Assembly: GCA_964016885.1 (NCBI GenBank)
Contig: OZ024747.1
Span: 34,782,001 to 34,846,000 of the forward strand
DNA: 64,000 bases
Direction of reading: 5' to 3'
From: Eledone cirrhosa
Taxonomy: Eukaryota
Positions 40,421 to 55,933 of the stretch are shown here, piece by piece. The notes beneath the pieces were generated by a model. That model saw only the letters and a program-made list of their open reading frames with translations, searched no databases and was not told the DNA's origin. A program made the translations under genes and the position numbers. Within the stretch, counting starts at the first letter, position 1; each line of letters opens with the position of its first letter.

Positions 40421-41244
40421 ATATGTGTATATAGATGTGTATGTATGTGTATGTGTGTACACATGGACTAGAGTATGTATGTATATATGTGTGTGTCTAT
40501 ACGTGTGTATATAAAGATAAGTTGAGTATGAAAATGTATACACATGAGCGCGTATGTATGTACATGAATACATGTGTGTATATATATGTGTATGCATGTG
40601 TATATATATGTAAGTATGAATATGTGAATTGTGAGTATATGTATTTTGTAGAGGTGTGCAAATATATTTGTGTGTCAATGCGTGGGTGAAAGGATACGTA
40701 CACTTGAAAGCAAAATTTAAGTCTGAATGTTAATTAAGTGCAAACACAAAACCAACCACGCATATCTTTACTATCTCTAATCCTTCTATAGATTTAGAAA
40801 AATAACCAATAATATATTCTATAAAAAATGTCAAAACAACAGATGGGAATCTAATTACTCACTGCCACCAAGAATTCTCAATGCTATCGAAATACCACTC
40901 CTTCAACTATTCTTCTAACAACTTCACCCCTCCCTCCTAATATTCTCTATAAAAACTAAATAGGTCCTCAGTAATATTATGCTGATGAAATGACAGTAAA
41001 TAATAACATTGAAATATTGAATGTCTGCATAACTAAAAGTTTGTAGATAGCAGCTGTTTTAGGTTATGTAACTGTTATAGAAACACGTGTCAATAAATTC
41101 CTTTCAACTAAACCGTATCCATTCAAATCTTTCTATTTTTCTCCGCATTACTTTTGGAACTACAACTGGAACCGTCGAGCAAACTCTACGTGAGCTGATA
41201 ATCTACTGTGTGTAATATTTATATTAAAACACAACGGAAAATAC

Positions 41245-41245
<1 letters not shown>
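38458..41245 (+). mobile_element. Nematis-type PLE, 5'-truncated, with inverted pLTR
   Basis: Inverted repeats ~38460-38699 / 40895-41134; RT FDITMGS, YRDD, LDVTLNL; GIY-YIG C-terminus; in-frame stops. Confidence 0.9.
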
Positions 41246-42746
<1,501 letters not shown>

Positions 42747-43144
42747 ATGTATTTTCTGGAAAGCCAGTTGTATTATTTTATATGAGATATAATTAAAGTT
42801 AAAATATATCTCTCTTTCCAAACAATTGTTTCATTATAAGTTTTCTACAAGTTGGGAGAATTCTTCCAGTTTATGTAGAAGCCTAATATATTTTCATGTA
42901 AGAACATAATTAGGTGGGCACTTATAAATCGTCAGTGGAAGCCCATTAAACTTTGATATAAGAAAAATTTCTTACCGCAGTTAATTTTCCTGTCTGCTAA
43001 TTTGTCCCCTCACGCATCGAATGACCACCAAATTTGAAATCCAAGCAGTCCTTCGACTGAGGAAGTATCATAGCGTCACGAAGCGGGAAAGGGAGACAAT
43101 CACGAGTCACGAGAAAAGAAAAATAATATACACGTATATATAAA

Positions 43145-45085
43145 GGGAAGCACGTCAGCTCTGCAAACCCAAAAGTGTGTGCAGCCAGAGAACACCTGAA
43201 AACTGCCAGGGACCAATTCTATGCTGATCCTACGGAGGAGAGGATGGAGACTGTGGAGGTGATGAGGGAAGAGCTCTGTACCGCTTACACTGAGGTCAGA
43301 GAGGAGGCACTGATAGAGAAGATCAGAAGTGTGGAGAGAGCGGTTGACAGGTCTGGATGTAAGGAGAGCTGGATGATCATCAACGAGATCACAGGGAGGA
43401 AGAGAAGGTGTTCGAGTCAGATCCAGGGAACGGGGCCCGAGGATAGGAAGAGGAAATGGCTAGACCATTTTAGGACCCTACTAGGAGGGCCACCCTCCAC
43501 AACCCAGAGCACTGGGGAGATCAGGCGGCTGTTTGAGGAACTGGAAGTTGAGACAGAGCCCTTCACCAGAGAGGAGCTTCAGAGAGCCAAGAAGAGGATC
43601 AAGGAGAGCAAGGCTCATGGAGAAGATGGAGTGGCATCAGAGGTGATGAAGAGGTCTGATTTTGATGATATCATCCTGAGGTTCTGTAACGGGGCACTGG
43701 GGAAAGGAGTTGCCCCGAATCAGTGGAGGATCAGTAACATCGTCCCAGTGCCAAAGAAGGGAGATCTCTCTAACACCAACAACTACCGGGGGATCTCACT
43801 GACGTCACTTGTGGCAAAGACCCTCAAAAGGATGATTCTTAACAGGATCCAGCCTGAGATGGAGAAGAAGCTCATGGACAACCAGAACGGCTTCAGAGAG
43901 GGTAGATCAACCATCAGTCACATCCTGATGCTGAGGAGGATATTAGAGGGAGCTAGAGCAAAGTGCCTTCCTGCGGTCATGGTTTTCATTGACTTTAGGA
44001 AGGCCTTTGATTCTGTGGACCGTTACTGCCTGATGAAGATCTTACAGGCTTATGGAATCCCCAAGAAGATAGTGGACCTGATATCACTGCTCTACACCAA
44101 CACCAAAGCCCAAGTCATTACACCTGATGGGATGACAGAGTTCTTTGAGATACTGGCTGGAGTTCTCCAAGGAGATACATTGGCTCCCTACCTTTTTGTC
44201 ATCGTAGTGGACTATTGTATGCGCCTTGCACTGGAGAAACACCAGGACGCTGGCTTTACTGTAGCACGGGCTCAGAGCAGGAGAGTTAGGGCGAACAATG
44301 TATCGGATGCTGAATTTGCCGACGACATAGTTTTGGTGACAAATACAGTGAAGGAGGCAGAGGATTTGATGCGGGAGGTTGAGACTGTGTCGATGAGTGT
44401 GGGGCTGAGAATGAATGAGACTAAAACAAAATATCTGGTAGAGAATGTTGAGAAGCCAGAGGGGATCACTAATGTAGGCGGGAAGCCGCTGGAATTTTTT
44501 GAGGACTTCCTGTATTTTTTAGCAAAGATTGGGAATACGGAAGATGATGTGGTTGAGAGGAAGAGCAAGGCCTGGGCGGCGTGCCGCAGCTTGAGATCGG
44601 TGTGGCAGTCGAACCTTCGTAGAGACCTGAAAATCCGCCTCTTCATTGCTGTAGTGGAGTCTGTGCTGCTGTATGGGTCTGAGACTTGGACACGGACCAA
44701 GAAACTGACTCAGATGGTGGATGGGTGCTACTCGAGAATGTTGAGGATGGCTCTGAACATTAATCAGTATACACTGAGGATGAAAAACTCAGAGCTGTAT
44801 GGGAGCATCCCAAAAGTCAGCTCAAAAGTGACACAGAGGAGACTGAGGTTAGCTGGACATGCTCACCGACATCCAGAGTTGACATTGCACTCAGTACTCC
44901 TTTGGGAGCCCCGACATGGACACATTAGAAGAGGAAGACCAAGGTTAACGAATGTTGATGCCCTAAGGACAAACACTGGTCTGTTGGAGATGCAGGACAT
45001 GGCAGCGATAATGAGGGACAGAGACCGCTGGAGAGAACTCGTCCATGGATCTCGGGAATTTTACCCGCCTTAGATAGATAGATAT
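43145..45085 (+). mobile_element. RTE-clade LINE, 5'-truncated
   Basis: GC-richer block ending in a short (TAGA)n tail right after the stop codon. Confidence 0.85.
43175..45073 (+). CDS. Non-LTR reverse transcriptase (endonuclease domain missing)
   Basis: PVPKKGD, NYRGISL, QNGFREGRS, FIDFRKAFDSV, GVLQGDTLAPYLF, FADD, LLYGSETW, GRPR. Confidence 0.92.
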   Translation: MCAAREHLKTARDQFYADPTEERMETVEVMREELCTAYTEVREEALIEKIRSVERAVDRSGCKESWMIINEITGRKRRCSSQIQGTGPEDRKRKWLDHFRTLLGGPPSTTQSTGEIRRLFEELEVETEPFTREELQRAKKRIKESKAHGEDGVASEVMKRSDFDDIILRFCNGALGKGVAPNQWRISNIVPVPKKGDLSNTNNYRGISLTSLVAKTLKRMILNRIQPEMEKKLMDNQNGFREGRSTISHILMLRRILEGARAKCLPAVMVFIDFRKAFDSVDRYCLMKILQAYGIPKKIVDLISLLYTNTKAQVITPDGMTEFFEILAGVLQGDTLAPYLFVIVVDYCMRLALEKHQDAGFTVARAQSRRVRANNVSDAEFADDIVLVTNTVKEAEDLMREVETVSMSVGLRMNETKTKYLVENVEKPEGITNVGGKPLEFFEDFLYFLAKIGNTEDDVVERKSKAWAACRSLRSVWQSNLRRDLKIRLFIAVVESVLLYGSETWTRTKKLTQMVDGCYSRMLRMALNINQYTLRMKNSELYGSIPKVSSKVTQRRLRLAGHAHRHPELTLHSVLLWEPRHGHIRRGRPRLTNVDALRTNTGLLEMQDMAAIMRDRDRWRELVHGSREFYPP

Positions 45086-45129
45086 ATACGATATTAACAA
45101 ATGGAAACTATATTTATAAAACCATATTT

Positions 45130-45192
45130 ATTTCATTATACATATTTCAAGGATACCAAGTTAAATTATGGTATGCCTTCATCAGACAAAAT
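45130..45192 (-). ncRNA. Type I hammerhead (3' pLTR)
   Basis: attttgt CTGATGA aggcatacca...tggtatcctt GAAA tatgta TA atgaaat. Confidence 0.75.
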
Positions 45193-48100
45193 ACAATATA
45201 TACCAGTTTTATAAATAAGCATTGACGTACCCTTTCAAAATGCGACCGTTACTTTTGGAAGACACCAGGATAGTGGTTTGTTTATTTTAGTAAGTCGTTG
45301 TGTTAAGGATAAGTAAAAAGGCGGAGAGAGAGAGAGAAACGTGGAGGAAAAAAAGGGAGAGATAAATAAAGAAAAAGAAGAAAGAAAAAAGAAAAAAAAG
45401 AAAAAAAGAAAAAAAGAAAAAAGAAAAAAGAAAAAAGAAAAAAAAAGAAAATAAGAAAAACGAAAAAAGAAAAAACAAAAAAATAAAAAAAGAAAAAAGA
45501 AAAAAAGAAAAAAAAGAAAAAAGAAAAAAAGAAAAAAAAAGAAAAAAAGAAAAAAAGAAAAAAAGAAAAAAAAGAAAGAAGAAAAAGGAAAAAAAAACTG
45601 AGGAAAACAACAGAGAGATATCAAACCACCAGACAGAAAAAACTCAAGAGAGAGAAATATAGAGATAGAGAGAGGGGGAGAGAACGAACACCTTAAGTAA
45701 TGTCATATTAAGTTGAGTTATCAATTGAGATGAAATGAATAAATAAAATTAGAAATATTAATATTCATGAATGGAATATACATATATAATATGAGAAATT
45801 AATCATTGTTTAATTATGATTAGATATTTAGTTTAAAAATTGAGATCAACATATTAAAAATTGGAATTTAAACATTACAAAATATATCTATTGCTAGAGA
45901 AATTACCTATCGTATAGCACGTACATATAGGCAAAGATACATAAATATATATATACACACACACTCAGAAAATACACATTATATCTACTCCCGCATATAA
46001 TATATACATACAAAGCATAAGTGATTTTTTTTATTACTGCTATACATTCCTTGTGTTATTAAATAACACTTTTTAGTATATATATATAAATACATAGGAT
46101 TAACTTTCATACATTTATGGTTGTTAAATTATGCATATCTGCAATCAAAACTACATGGGTAAGCATGTACATGTACACACACAATTCTTAGATATACATA
46201 TATAAATATGTGTGTGCATCTTCACCCAATTGGTAGACACGCGTCACTCATGCATATATACAGACAGACATATACTCATTTAAAAGCATATAACACATGT
46301 ATATGTATGTTAATACACATATATAGATACATAGTCGTATAGAGATAAGTATACATCAATATATTACATAGTACAATTGAGTATATAAAATACAAAAGGA
46401 TTATATTTTGGAAATATAATTTTATCAATATAACTTAAAAGAAACGAATTCTACAAATATCAAAATATTAAAATATTTCAAAATATTATAGAATATTCTA
46501 AGCTAAAATAATATGTTTCACAGATTTAGTATAGAAATTTATCTTACGTATATTTTATTCAAGATATTGAAAGGATAAACTTTTCTTGAATAGTTTATTA
46601 TATTTATATTTATATTTAGGAAGAAAATTTATACTTGAGTACTTAACCAAAGAAAATGAAAAAGGTGAAGGAATCTAATGATTTATCGACAGGTTTCGTA
46701 TATTAACCAAATTACTTAATTAATTATACTACATTTTAAATTTATATTTATATTTAAACGTAGAGTTCAATCTATGTCTGCAGCAACTGAATAAATTATT
46801 CCTTAAATTAAGGGAATTTTTGGTCTTTAATATAAAGAATATTTCCTCTATACAAAGATCACAATTTTCTGAAGAGGAATTAAAAGGAGTAGCTTATGAA
46901 ATAATATTCCAAATCAGCTAATATTCAACATTATCTCGTTTTAGGTCCCATAATAGGCTAAATAGCGAAGTTGAAGATTTTTGGTTTGGATTTGTAAAAT
47001 AAATGTTATGATTATTGAAGCGGGATTTAAATTCTGTAGAGGTAGAACCGACATAATTAAATGAATTTAAATTAGTTTTAACATTACAATTATAAACTAC
47101 ATTTTTAGCTAAGCAGTTGTTATTTAACGGACAGTTGGATTTATTTCTACAGTTACAATTATTCGATTGAATATTGCTTGGGTTATTATTGGTATTTGGG
47201 TTAGGTTTTAAATTTCTATTATTAATTCTATTAATATTTTGCGCTAAATTTTTGGTGGAAGAGTAAGTTAATTGTATAGTATGTCTATTAAAAATTGAGT
47301 AATATCTGTGTTCTAGGGAAGCGTTTGTCAAGAGCTTTAAAGAATAGTTTAGCAATAGGGGTTTTAATATTTAGTGAGAAAGGAGGAGCGAACCATAATA
47401 TATTCCTAGTTCTATTTCTTTTTCGGCTTTCGGAATTATTTTAATGTTTTCTATTATAGTTGTTAAAATTGTTACCATAATTAAAGTTGTTATTATTTTG
47501 GTTATTTTGTATATTATTATTATTATCGATGTATTTAATTTTATTTCTATACCCAGCTCTACCTAACGCTTCGTTGTAATAATGCGCTTTTTCATCAAAT
47601 ATATTCTTATTAGATGAAATTCTTGAAATTCGTTCTTGAACAGAGTTCACTATAGTATTTTTAACGGATCTGGGGTGATTAGAGTTAAAATTGACATAAT
47701 TTAAGTTCTCATTTAGTTTGTAAAATGGATAATGAAGACATGTGTTGAGATTTAGTGTTACATCTAGAAAATTGACTATTTTATGGTTATTCTCTATTTC
47801 TACTTTTAAATTATGGTAATTAAAACATTGTATAATTTGTTTTCTTTTTCTATTTAGTTCACAGCTATTATTTTCTATAAGTAAAAGCATGTCGTCACGA
47901 TATAAGCCTCCGGTTACACCTGGTATTTTTCTATGTAGAGAAATAATTATAAATAGGCCCACAAGGTCCGTTACCTGAGCTGAGTCTGAAGATCCTATAT
48001 TTCTCTCTCTTGAGTTTTTTCTCTGTCTGGTGGTCTGATATCTCTCTGTTGTTTTCCTCTGTTTTCTTTTTTCTTTTTTCTTTTTTATTTAATTTTTTAT

Positions 48101-48342
48101 TTTTATTATTATTATTTTTTTATTTATTTATTTATTTATTTATTTATTTTTTTCATTATTTTTCTTTATTTATCTCTCCCTTTTTTTTCTCCACGTTTCT
48201 CTCTCTCTCTCCGTCTTTTTACTTATCCTTAACACAACGACTTACTAAAATAAACAAACCACTATACTGATGTCTTCCAAAAGTAACGGTCGCATTTTGA
48301 AAGGGTACGTCAATGTTTATTTATAAAACTGGTATATATTGT

Positions 48343-48405
48343 ATTTTGTCTGATGAAGGCATACCACAATTTAACTTGGTATCCTTGAAATATGTATAAT
48401 GAAAT
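48343..48405 (+). ncRNA. Type I hammerhead (inverted pLTR)
   Basis: Mirror of 45130-45192. Confidence 0.75.
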
Positions 48406-48533
48406 AAATATGGTTTTATAAATATAGTTTCCATTTGTTAATATCGTATATCTACTCCAAATACTTGTCGAGTGCTTTATATCAGTTATAAAAATATTTG
48501 CTTGTTGTATCCCAACAATTTAAATAGAATTTT

Positions 48534-48578
<45 letters not shown>

Positions 48579-48776
48579 TTTTTTGTTTACCGTTCGTCAG
48601 TCAATGGCAACGTTGAGGACCGAATAAAATAGATTACCGATATAGAAGACACAGAAGCGAAAAGCGAAAACCAACCAAACAGTGAGTGTGTACTGTTATT
48701 AATTCTGGCAATATTACACAAATATGACCCTCCCCAAGTATAACAATATATATTTATATATATATATATATATATA

Positions 48777-49810
48777 CAAAATTAAGATAAATCAAAATAA
48801 ATTTTATCTAAATCAAAATTATGGGTGTCATGCCACAAGGCATGCGCCATATCACCCGTAAAATAAGCTCCAAGATTCTAATGAATAGGTCCAAGCATTT
48901 TATAACAACTGGAAATTGATTAACATATAAATAAAGGTATGAAACAATCACAGGGGATAATTTTTACAAGTGTGTAAGCACACACAGCTAGGTGGGTAAC
49001 TAATTAAAGTTAACTAGAACTTCAAAAATAGATACCTTATATTATGATTAATATGATTAATCTTCCCTGTATATATTCAATTAAATAAATATATTTTACC
49101 AATTAATCGAATGGTAAACCACGGATGCCGATACTTGGATTTTCAACAAGGAAGAAATCCGGCTCTCTGTGTTTACGCATTAACTTCAAATCAGCGACTG
49201 GCCAGTAACACGTGTTGTATCTACTAAAAATACACACATTATACCAGCTTCGTCCCAGGGGCGTGAATAGGGTTATCGACAACTAGAAACAGCAGTCAAG
49301 TCCTTTCAACAGAGTTAGCTCTACAATTAAGTAGTCGTATTTATATATCTATATCCAAAATTAAGATAAATCAAAATGAATTTAGTCTAAATCAAAATTA
49401 TGGGTGTCATGCCACAAGACATGCGCCATATCACCCGTAAAATAAGCTCCAAAATTCTAATGAATAGGTCCGAGCTAATTATAACAACTGGAAATTGATT
49501 AACTTATAAATAAAGATATGAAACAATCACAGGGGATAATTTTTACAAGTGTGTAAGCACACACAACTGGGTAGGTAACTAAGTAAAGTTAACTAGAACT
49601 TCAAAAATAGATACCTTATAATATGATTATATATATATATATATATGTAATCATATTATAAGGTATCTATTTTTGAAGTTCTAGTTAACTTTACTTAGTT
49701 ACCTACCCAGTTGTGTGTGCTTACACACTTGTAAAAATTATCCCCTGTGATTGTTTCATATCTTTATTTATAAGTTAATCAATTTCCAGTTGTTATAATT
49801 AGCTCGGCTA
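48777..49810. mobile_element. ~580-bp-unit family: ~1.5 tandem units plus an inverted end across (TA)n
   Basis: Unit restarts at ~49357; inverted segment 49648-49807. Confidence 0.7.
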
Positions 49811-49814
49811 GTCG

Positions 49815-49862
<48 letters not shown>

Positions 49863-51405
49863 TACACAAGTATCAATGTTATGTTAAAATGATTTCCTGG
49901 ATGAAAACCTTATCGTACGTCTCTCTCTATATTCCTTTAACCAATTGTAGGATACGTGTGACTCATCAGCTTCATGTTCTGTTTGTATAGTTCTTTATAA
50001 TATACTCACGGAACACACTGACTTATCTCCCAAATGGTGTAAATATATATTCCACACACAAGTAAAAATACTTAAAAGCAACTCTTCAAGGGAATATGGA
50101 AAATCCATTCAAATGTATGTAATTTTTCCATTTTCTTAATGAAAGCCTTCGACACAGTATTCCGCCACATCTCGCCTATCGTGTTTGCTTACTCAGGACT
50201 GAGCCTCTTTGAAAACGAGAGATTGCGATGCAATAGTTGAACTTAGTGATCGATATAAACAATTATGCATCGCTTTATCCCCATTTCAATTAGCTCGAAG
50301 CAATTTATAGAGAGCTCACGGATTGGAATTTTAGATCTTTCATCACAATAATCCCAGAGGCCGGGATGTAGAAGTCATTTGTATTCAGACATCATGGCAA
50401 TTGTACTCAACTCTGTTCAGCCCCATATTATGTGTTTTTATGTGTCGTCTGCGCAGTATTCGGTTTATGTGTGCCAGCATGTGTGTATTTATGAATGTGT
50501 GTGCCTATGTGTGTGTCACAAAGAGACGTGTGAAAACTGAACAAGATTAATGATACGAGATAAGAGAATAAAGAAAACAAATGCCAATCAAAATATATTG
50601 AGACAAATACATTTATTCATGCAATTGCAATTCATACAGTATTTATGGACACTGAAAAAGTTAGCAACCAGAAAACTTTAATATACAATAGATTCATTCA
50701 ATTTACAGCAAACTTGTCATGAGATTTAAAATTGCAGACTAAAAGAGCATTATTTATATCTGTTACAAAACAAGATCAGCTAACACCAATATAAAAACAA
50801 ACTCTCATATCCAGGGTATTTTGTTATCTTATGTAAGGTAATAGTTTTCTGATAAACACATTTACATAATATTTGCATTCCTTATTAAGTTGCTACCGCT
50901 TTTCATTGTTGAACTTATCAAATCACAAAAAGACATTCTGAACTGTCTGAAACTCTCCTTGCGTGATCTTTGACAATTAAAAGCTTCATTATATACAATC
51001 ATTCACATAACAGATCTGTCAAATAAGATTCCATAGCAATTTTAAATAGATGTTCATACAAAATATATTTTCAATAGTTATTTTTACTATCAAAAATATC
51101 TATTATACTCTCAGGGAACATGTGGAAGAAAACCTCATTTCGAGACACTTAAAGATCAAGAGAAAAATGTTATTGCTGACTAAAGTTACTAGTTATAACT
51201 ATCTCTATTCCAAAACAATAGAATACCTGAGGGAACTTAAACACTTATTTTCTTCCTACGGAATGTGCAGAATCAAACCAACAAAATTGATTCATTTAAT
51301 CCCTTTTTCGTTGTAGACGATATAAAGTAATATATGCACGCAAGCATAAACGTCTATAATATCCTCAAGAATTTTAGAAGATATTTGCTATAATGTAATG
51401 TGATA

Positions 51406-51690
51406 CGCATAATGGCTCAGCGGTTAGAGCATTGAGCTTACGATTGTGATGTTGGTTCGATTCTTGGACCGGGCTTTGCGATTTGTTTTTGAGAAAGACA
51501 CTATATCTCACGGTGCTTAAGGTTACTCAGCTATAGAAATGTGTTGCAACGTCACAGATGCCAAGCTGTATCAGCCATTGCCTTTCCCTTGGACAATATC
51601 GGCCGTGTGGAGATGGAAGACGGGTATGCATGGGTGACCGTTGGTCTTCCACAAGCAACCTTTCCCGGATTTGTACATAGAAAGTTTTCC
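51406..51690 (+). mobile_element. tRNA-derived SINE (second family)
   Basis: A-box tggctcagcgg, B-box ggttcgattc, body ttgagaaagacact..cac. Confidence 0.7.
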
Positions 51691-52417
51691 TCTCCACTAT
51701 ATATATATATATCTGATGGATTCTCTCGTTACTATCGCGGCATGATGACTATATCTTTCTACTCATTTACTTTACATTTTAATGTCTGTACCTTTTAAAT
51801 GCCACTAAATCTGCTCAGAGTTTGTAAAACAGACCACTTTCTTTACAAAATTTAAACGCAAACTGTATTCCTTCGATTACGCCTTCAATACCTGTGTTGA
51901 TATGACTCATAATGCCAGTTTGACATGTTTACCTCCACTTATTATGGTCAGAAGCACATTTTGATGCACTTCGTCCAATATGTTCGATATAATCTTTCAT
52001 CTCATTCATGTATCTATGAAGAGTTTTGTCTACGTTACGCACCTCCGCCAGAAGTTCACAACAAGGGAGAGCTTATGAAAGTCATTGATCATTCATCCTA
52101 ACAACATGGCTAGTTTTTCTATACTTTGTATACCATCTTTAGGAAACCACTTTTTATTTGAAACTGTGTATTCGTATATGGATCTACACGTAATTTTAAC
52201 ACTGGAATGTATGTAGCTGTGTGATATTTGTTCTATACGGTGCCCATGAATCTGGCCCAAACAATAATGTTGAGATGACAACTGCACAGCAAACTGAAAT
52301 GTTACGTTTCAAATTCAATCCTCTTTTATTATATACACTTATGTGCAGCTTTTCAAACGTCATTACTAGCCTTGCCGATCATAATTACTATTTCATCATC
52401 TAAATAAGTATCAGAAA

Positions 52418-52485
52418 AGTGAGTTAATCGGCCGGGGTACCGAAAACGATAAACGATTTTCGGTACCCCGGCCGATTAACTCACT
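52418..52485. repeat. Perfect 29-bp-arm hairpin with 10-nt loop
   Basis: agtgagttaatcggccggggtaccgaaaa / ttttcggtaccccggccgattaactcact. Confidence 0.9.
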
Positions 52486-52805
52486 CGATAAGTAAATTAG
52501 GCGGCTCAGCCGTTAATATGCCTAAGGAAAGTATATACTTTCAGACGTTCAATCATCTGGCAGGAAGGTATACGTTGCTGCCGATAGCTAATAAGCTTGA
52601 AACTAGTACAGCGTTCCTTTGTCTGTGTTGAACAAATGAGCAACGAATGTTGCTAGACACTGTACGGCTTAATTCGGGATGTTTGTTTACAAACACACCG
52701 AGCATTATAATAAATGTTCGGTGAATCCATACGTGCACATATATATGTGTGCACGTATGTATATATATATGTATGTACGTATACATACTTATATTTATTT
52801 TTCCG

Positions 52806-52834
<29 letters not shown>

Positions 52835-52841
<7 letters not shown>

Positions 52842-55800
52842 CAAATAACGAAACGAAATTAAATTTCGTTTCGTTTGTAACTCACTTTTGTATGACTGAC
52901 GCTTAAACAATTAAGTTAAAGATGTACATCCATATATGTATACTGAAATACTAGTATGTATATGAATACACACACGTTTACATATGTAGATGTACCAAGT
53001 TTTTTTCACTGGTCACTTTACTGTGAGTGGCCAGCTATTCTGTATGTAAACACACAGACAAACCGGTTTTTAGAGTCATACTGGTTTTTGAGGAAACACC
53101 TTTCCTCTATTCTCCAGAAAGCCAGACAAGGAATATTGAACTAGTTTCGTTGTTGTTACAACTCATCAGCAATATTTACCTATCTTCCGGCCTCTCTAGA
53201 GAATCGTAAAAGCACATATAGTTATATGCTTTTTCTATGATAATTAGTAGTGGGCAGACTAATTTGCATAGAGTGTGAGTAAGTACCGGTTCAACGGAGA
53301 CGATAAAAACAAATAACGAAACGAAATTAAATTTCGTTTCGTTTGTAACTCACTTTTGTATGACTGACGCTTAAACAATTAAGTTAAAGATGTACATCCA
53401 TATATGTATACTGAAATACTAGTATGTATATGAATACACACACGTTTACATATGTAGATGTACCAAGTTTTTTTCACTGGTCACTTTACTGTGAGTGGCC
53501 AGCTATTCTGTATGTAAACACACAGACAAACCGGTTTTTAGAGTCATACTGGTTTTTGAGGAAACACCTTTCCTCTATTCTCCAGAAAGCCAGACAAGGA
53601 ATATTGAACTAGTTTCGTTGTTGTTACAACTCATCAGCAATATTTACCTATCTTCCGGCCTCTCTAGAGAATCGTAAAAGCACATATCGTTATATGCTTT
53701 TTCTATGATAATTAGTAGTGGGCAGACTAATTTGCATAGAGTGTGAGTAAGTACCGGTTCAACGGAGACGATAAAAACAAATAACGAAACGAAATTAAAT
53801 TTCGTTTCGTTTGTAACTCACTTTTGTATGACTGACGCTTAAACAATTAAGTTAAAGATGTACATCCATATATGTATACTGAAATACTAGTATGTATATG
53901 AATACACACACGTTTACATATGTAGATGTACCAAGTTTTTTTTCACTGGTCACTTTACTGTGAGTGGCCAGCTATTCTGTATGTAAACACACAGACAAAC
54001 CGGTTTTTAGAGTCATACTGGTTTTTGAGGAAACACCTTTCCTCTATTCTCCAGAAAGCCAGACAAGGAATATTGAACTAGTTTCGTTGTTGTTACAACT
54101 CATCAGCAATATTTACCTATCTTCCGGCCTCTCTAGAGAATCGTAAAAGCACATATCGTTATATGCTTTTTCTATGATAATTAGTAGTGGGCAGACTAAT
54201 TTGCATAGAGTGTGAGTAAGTACCGGTTCAACGGAGACGATAAAAACAAATAACGAAACGAAATTAAATTTCGTTTCGTTTGTAACTCACTTTTGTATGA
54301 CTGACGCTTAAACAATTAAGTTAAAGATGTACATCCATATATGTATACTGAAATACTAGTATGTATATGAATACACACACGTTTACATATGTAGATGTAC
54401 CAAGTTTTTTTCACTGGTCACTTTACTGTGAGTGGCCAGCTATTCTGTATGTAAACACACAGACAAACCGGTTTTTAGAGTCATACTGGTTTTTGAGGAA
54501 ACACCTTTCCTCTATTCTCCAGAAAGCCAGACAAGGAATATTGAACTAGTTTCGTTGTTGTTACAACTCATCAGCAATATTTACCTATCTTCCGGCCTCT
54601 CTAGAGAATCGTAAAAGCACATATCGTTATATGCTTTTTCTATGATAATTAGTAGTGGGCAGACTAATTTGCATAGAGTGTGAGTAAGTACCGGTTCAAC
54701 GGAGACGATAAAAACAAATAACGAAACGAAATTAAATTTCGTTTCGTTTGTAACTCACTTTTGTATGACTGACGCTTAAACAATTAAGTTAAAGATGTAC
54801 ATCCATATATGTATACTGAAATACTAGTATGTATATGAATACACACACGTTTACATATGTAGATGTACCAAGTTTTTTTCACTGGTCACTTTACTGTGAG
54901 TGGCCAGCTATTCTGTATGTAAACACACAGACAAACCGGTTTTTAGAGTCATACTGGTTTTTGAGGAAACACCTTTCCTCTATTCTCCAGAAAGCCAGAC
55001 AAGGAATATTGAACTAGTTTCGTTGTTGTTACAACTCATCAGCAATATTTACCTATCTTCCGGCCTCTCTAGAGAATCGTAAAAGCACATATCGTTATAT
55101 GCTTTTTCTATGATAATTAGTAGTGGGCAGACTAATTTGCATAGAGTGTGAGTAAGTACCGGTTCAACGGAGACGATAAAAACAAATAACGAAACGAAAT
55201 TAAATTTCGTTTCGTTTGTAACTCACTTTTGTATGACTGACGCTTAAACAATTAAGTTAAAGATGTACATCCATATATGTATACTGAAATACTAGTATGT
55301 ATATGAATACACACACGTTTACATATGTAGATGTACCAAGTTTTTTTCACTGGTCACTTTACTGTGAGTGGCCAGCTATTCTGTATGTAAACACACAGAC
55401 AAACCGGTTTTTAGAGTCATACTGGTTTTTGAGGAAACACCTTTCCTCTATTCTCCAGAAAGCCAGACAAGGAATATTGAACTAGTTTCGTTGTTGTTAC
55501 AACTCATCAGCAATATTTACCTATCTTCCGGCCTCTCTAGAGAATCGTAAAAGCACATATCGTTATATGCTTTTTCTATGATAATTAGTAGTGGGCAGAC
55601 TAATTTGCATAGAGTGTGAGTAAGTACCGGTTCAACGGAGACGATAAAAACAAATAACGAAACGAAATTAAATTTCGTTTCGTTTGTAACTCACTTTTGT
55701 ATGACTGACGCTTAAACAATTAAGTTAAAGATGTACATCCATATATGTATACTGAAATACTAGTATGTATATGAATACACACACGTTTACATATGTAGAT

Positions 55801-55933
55801 GTACCAAGTTTTTTTCACTGGTCACTTTACTGTGAGTGGCCAGCTATTCTGTATGTAAACACACAGACAAACCGGTTTTTAGAGTCATACTGGTTTTTGA
55901 GGAAACACCTTTCCTCTATTCTCCATCTTTAAC

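Larger units (their letters stand above)
45085..48538 (-). mobile_element. Nematis-type PLE, 5'-truncated and decayed, with inverted pLTR
   Basis: Inverted repeats ~45085-45660 / 48000-48452 plus tail; RT GLYRDD and FLDVTLNL at 47441-47998; CNCR..CPL..C and YVGST at 46750-47400. Confidence 0.88.

Noticed and set aside
52956-55550. Repeated 62-aa and 60-aa ORFs as a peptide gene cluster, or rolling-circle translation of a 468-nt (3n) circle
   Set aside because: They lie antisense to the HHR strand, have no recognisable motif and end in stops; the ORF track shows no long minus-strand frame
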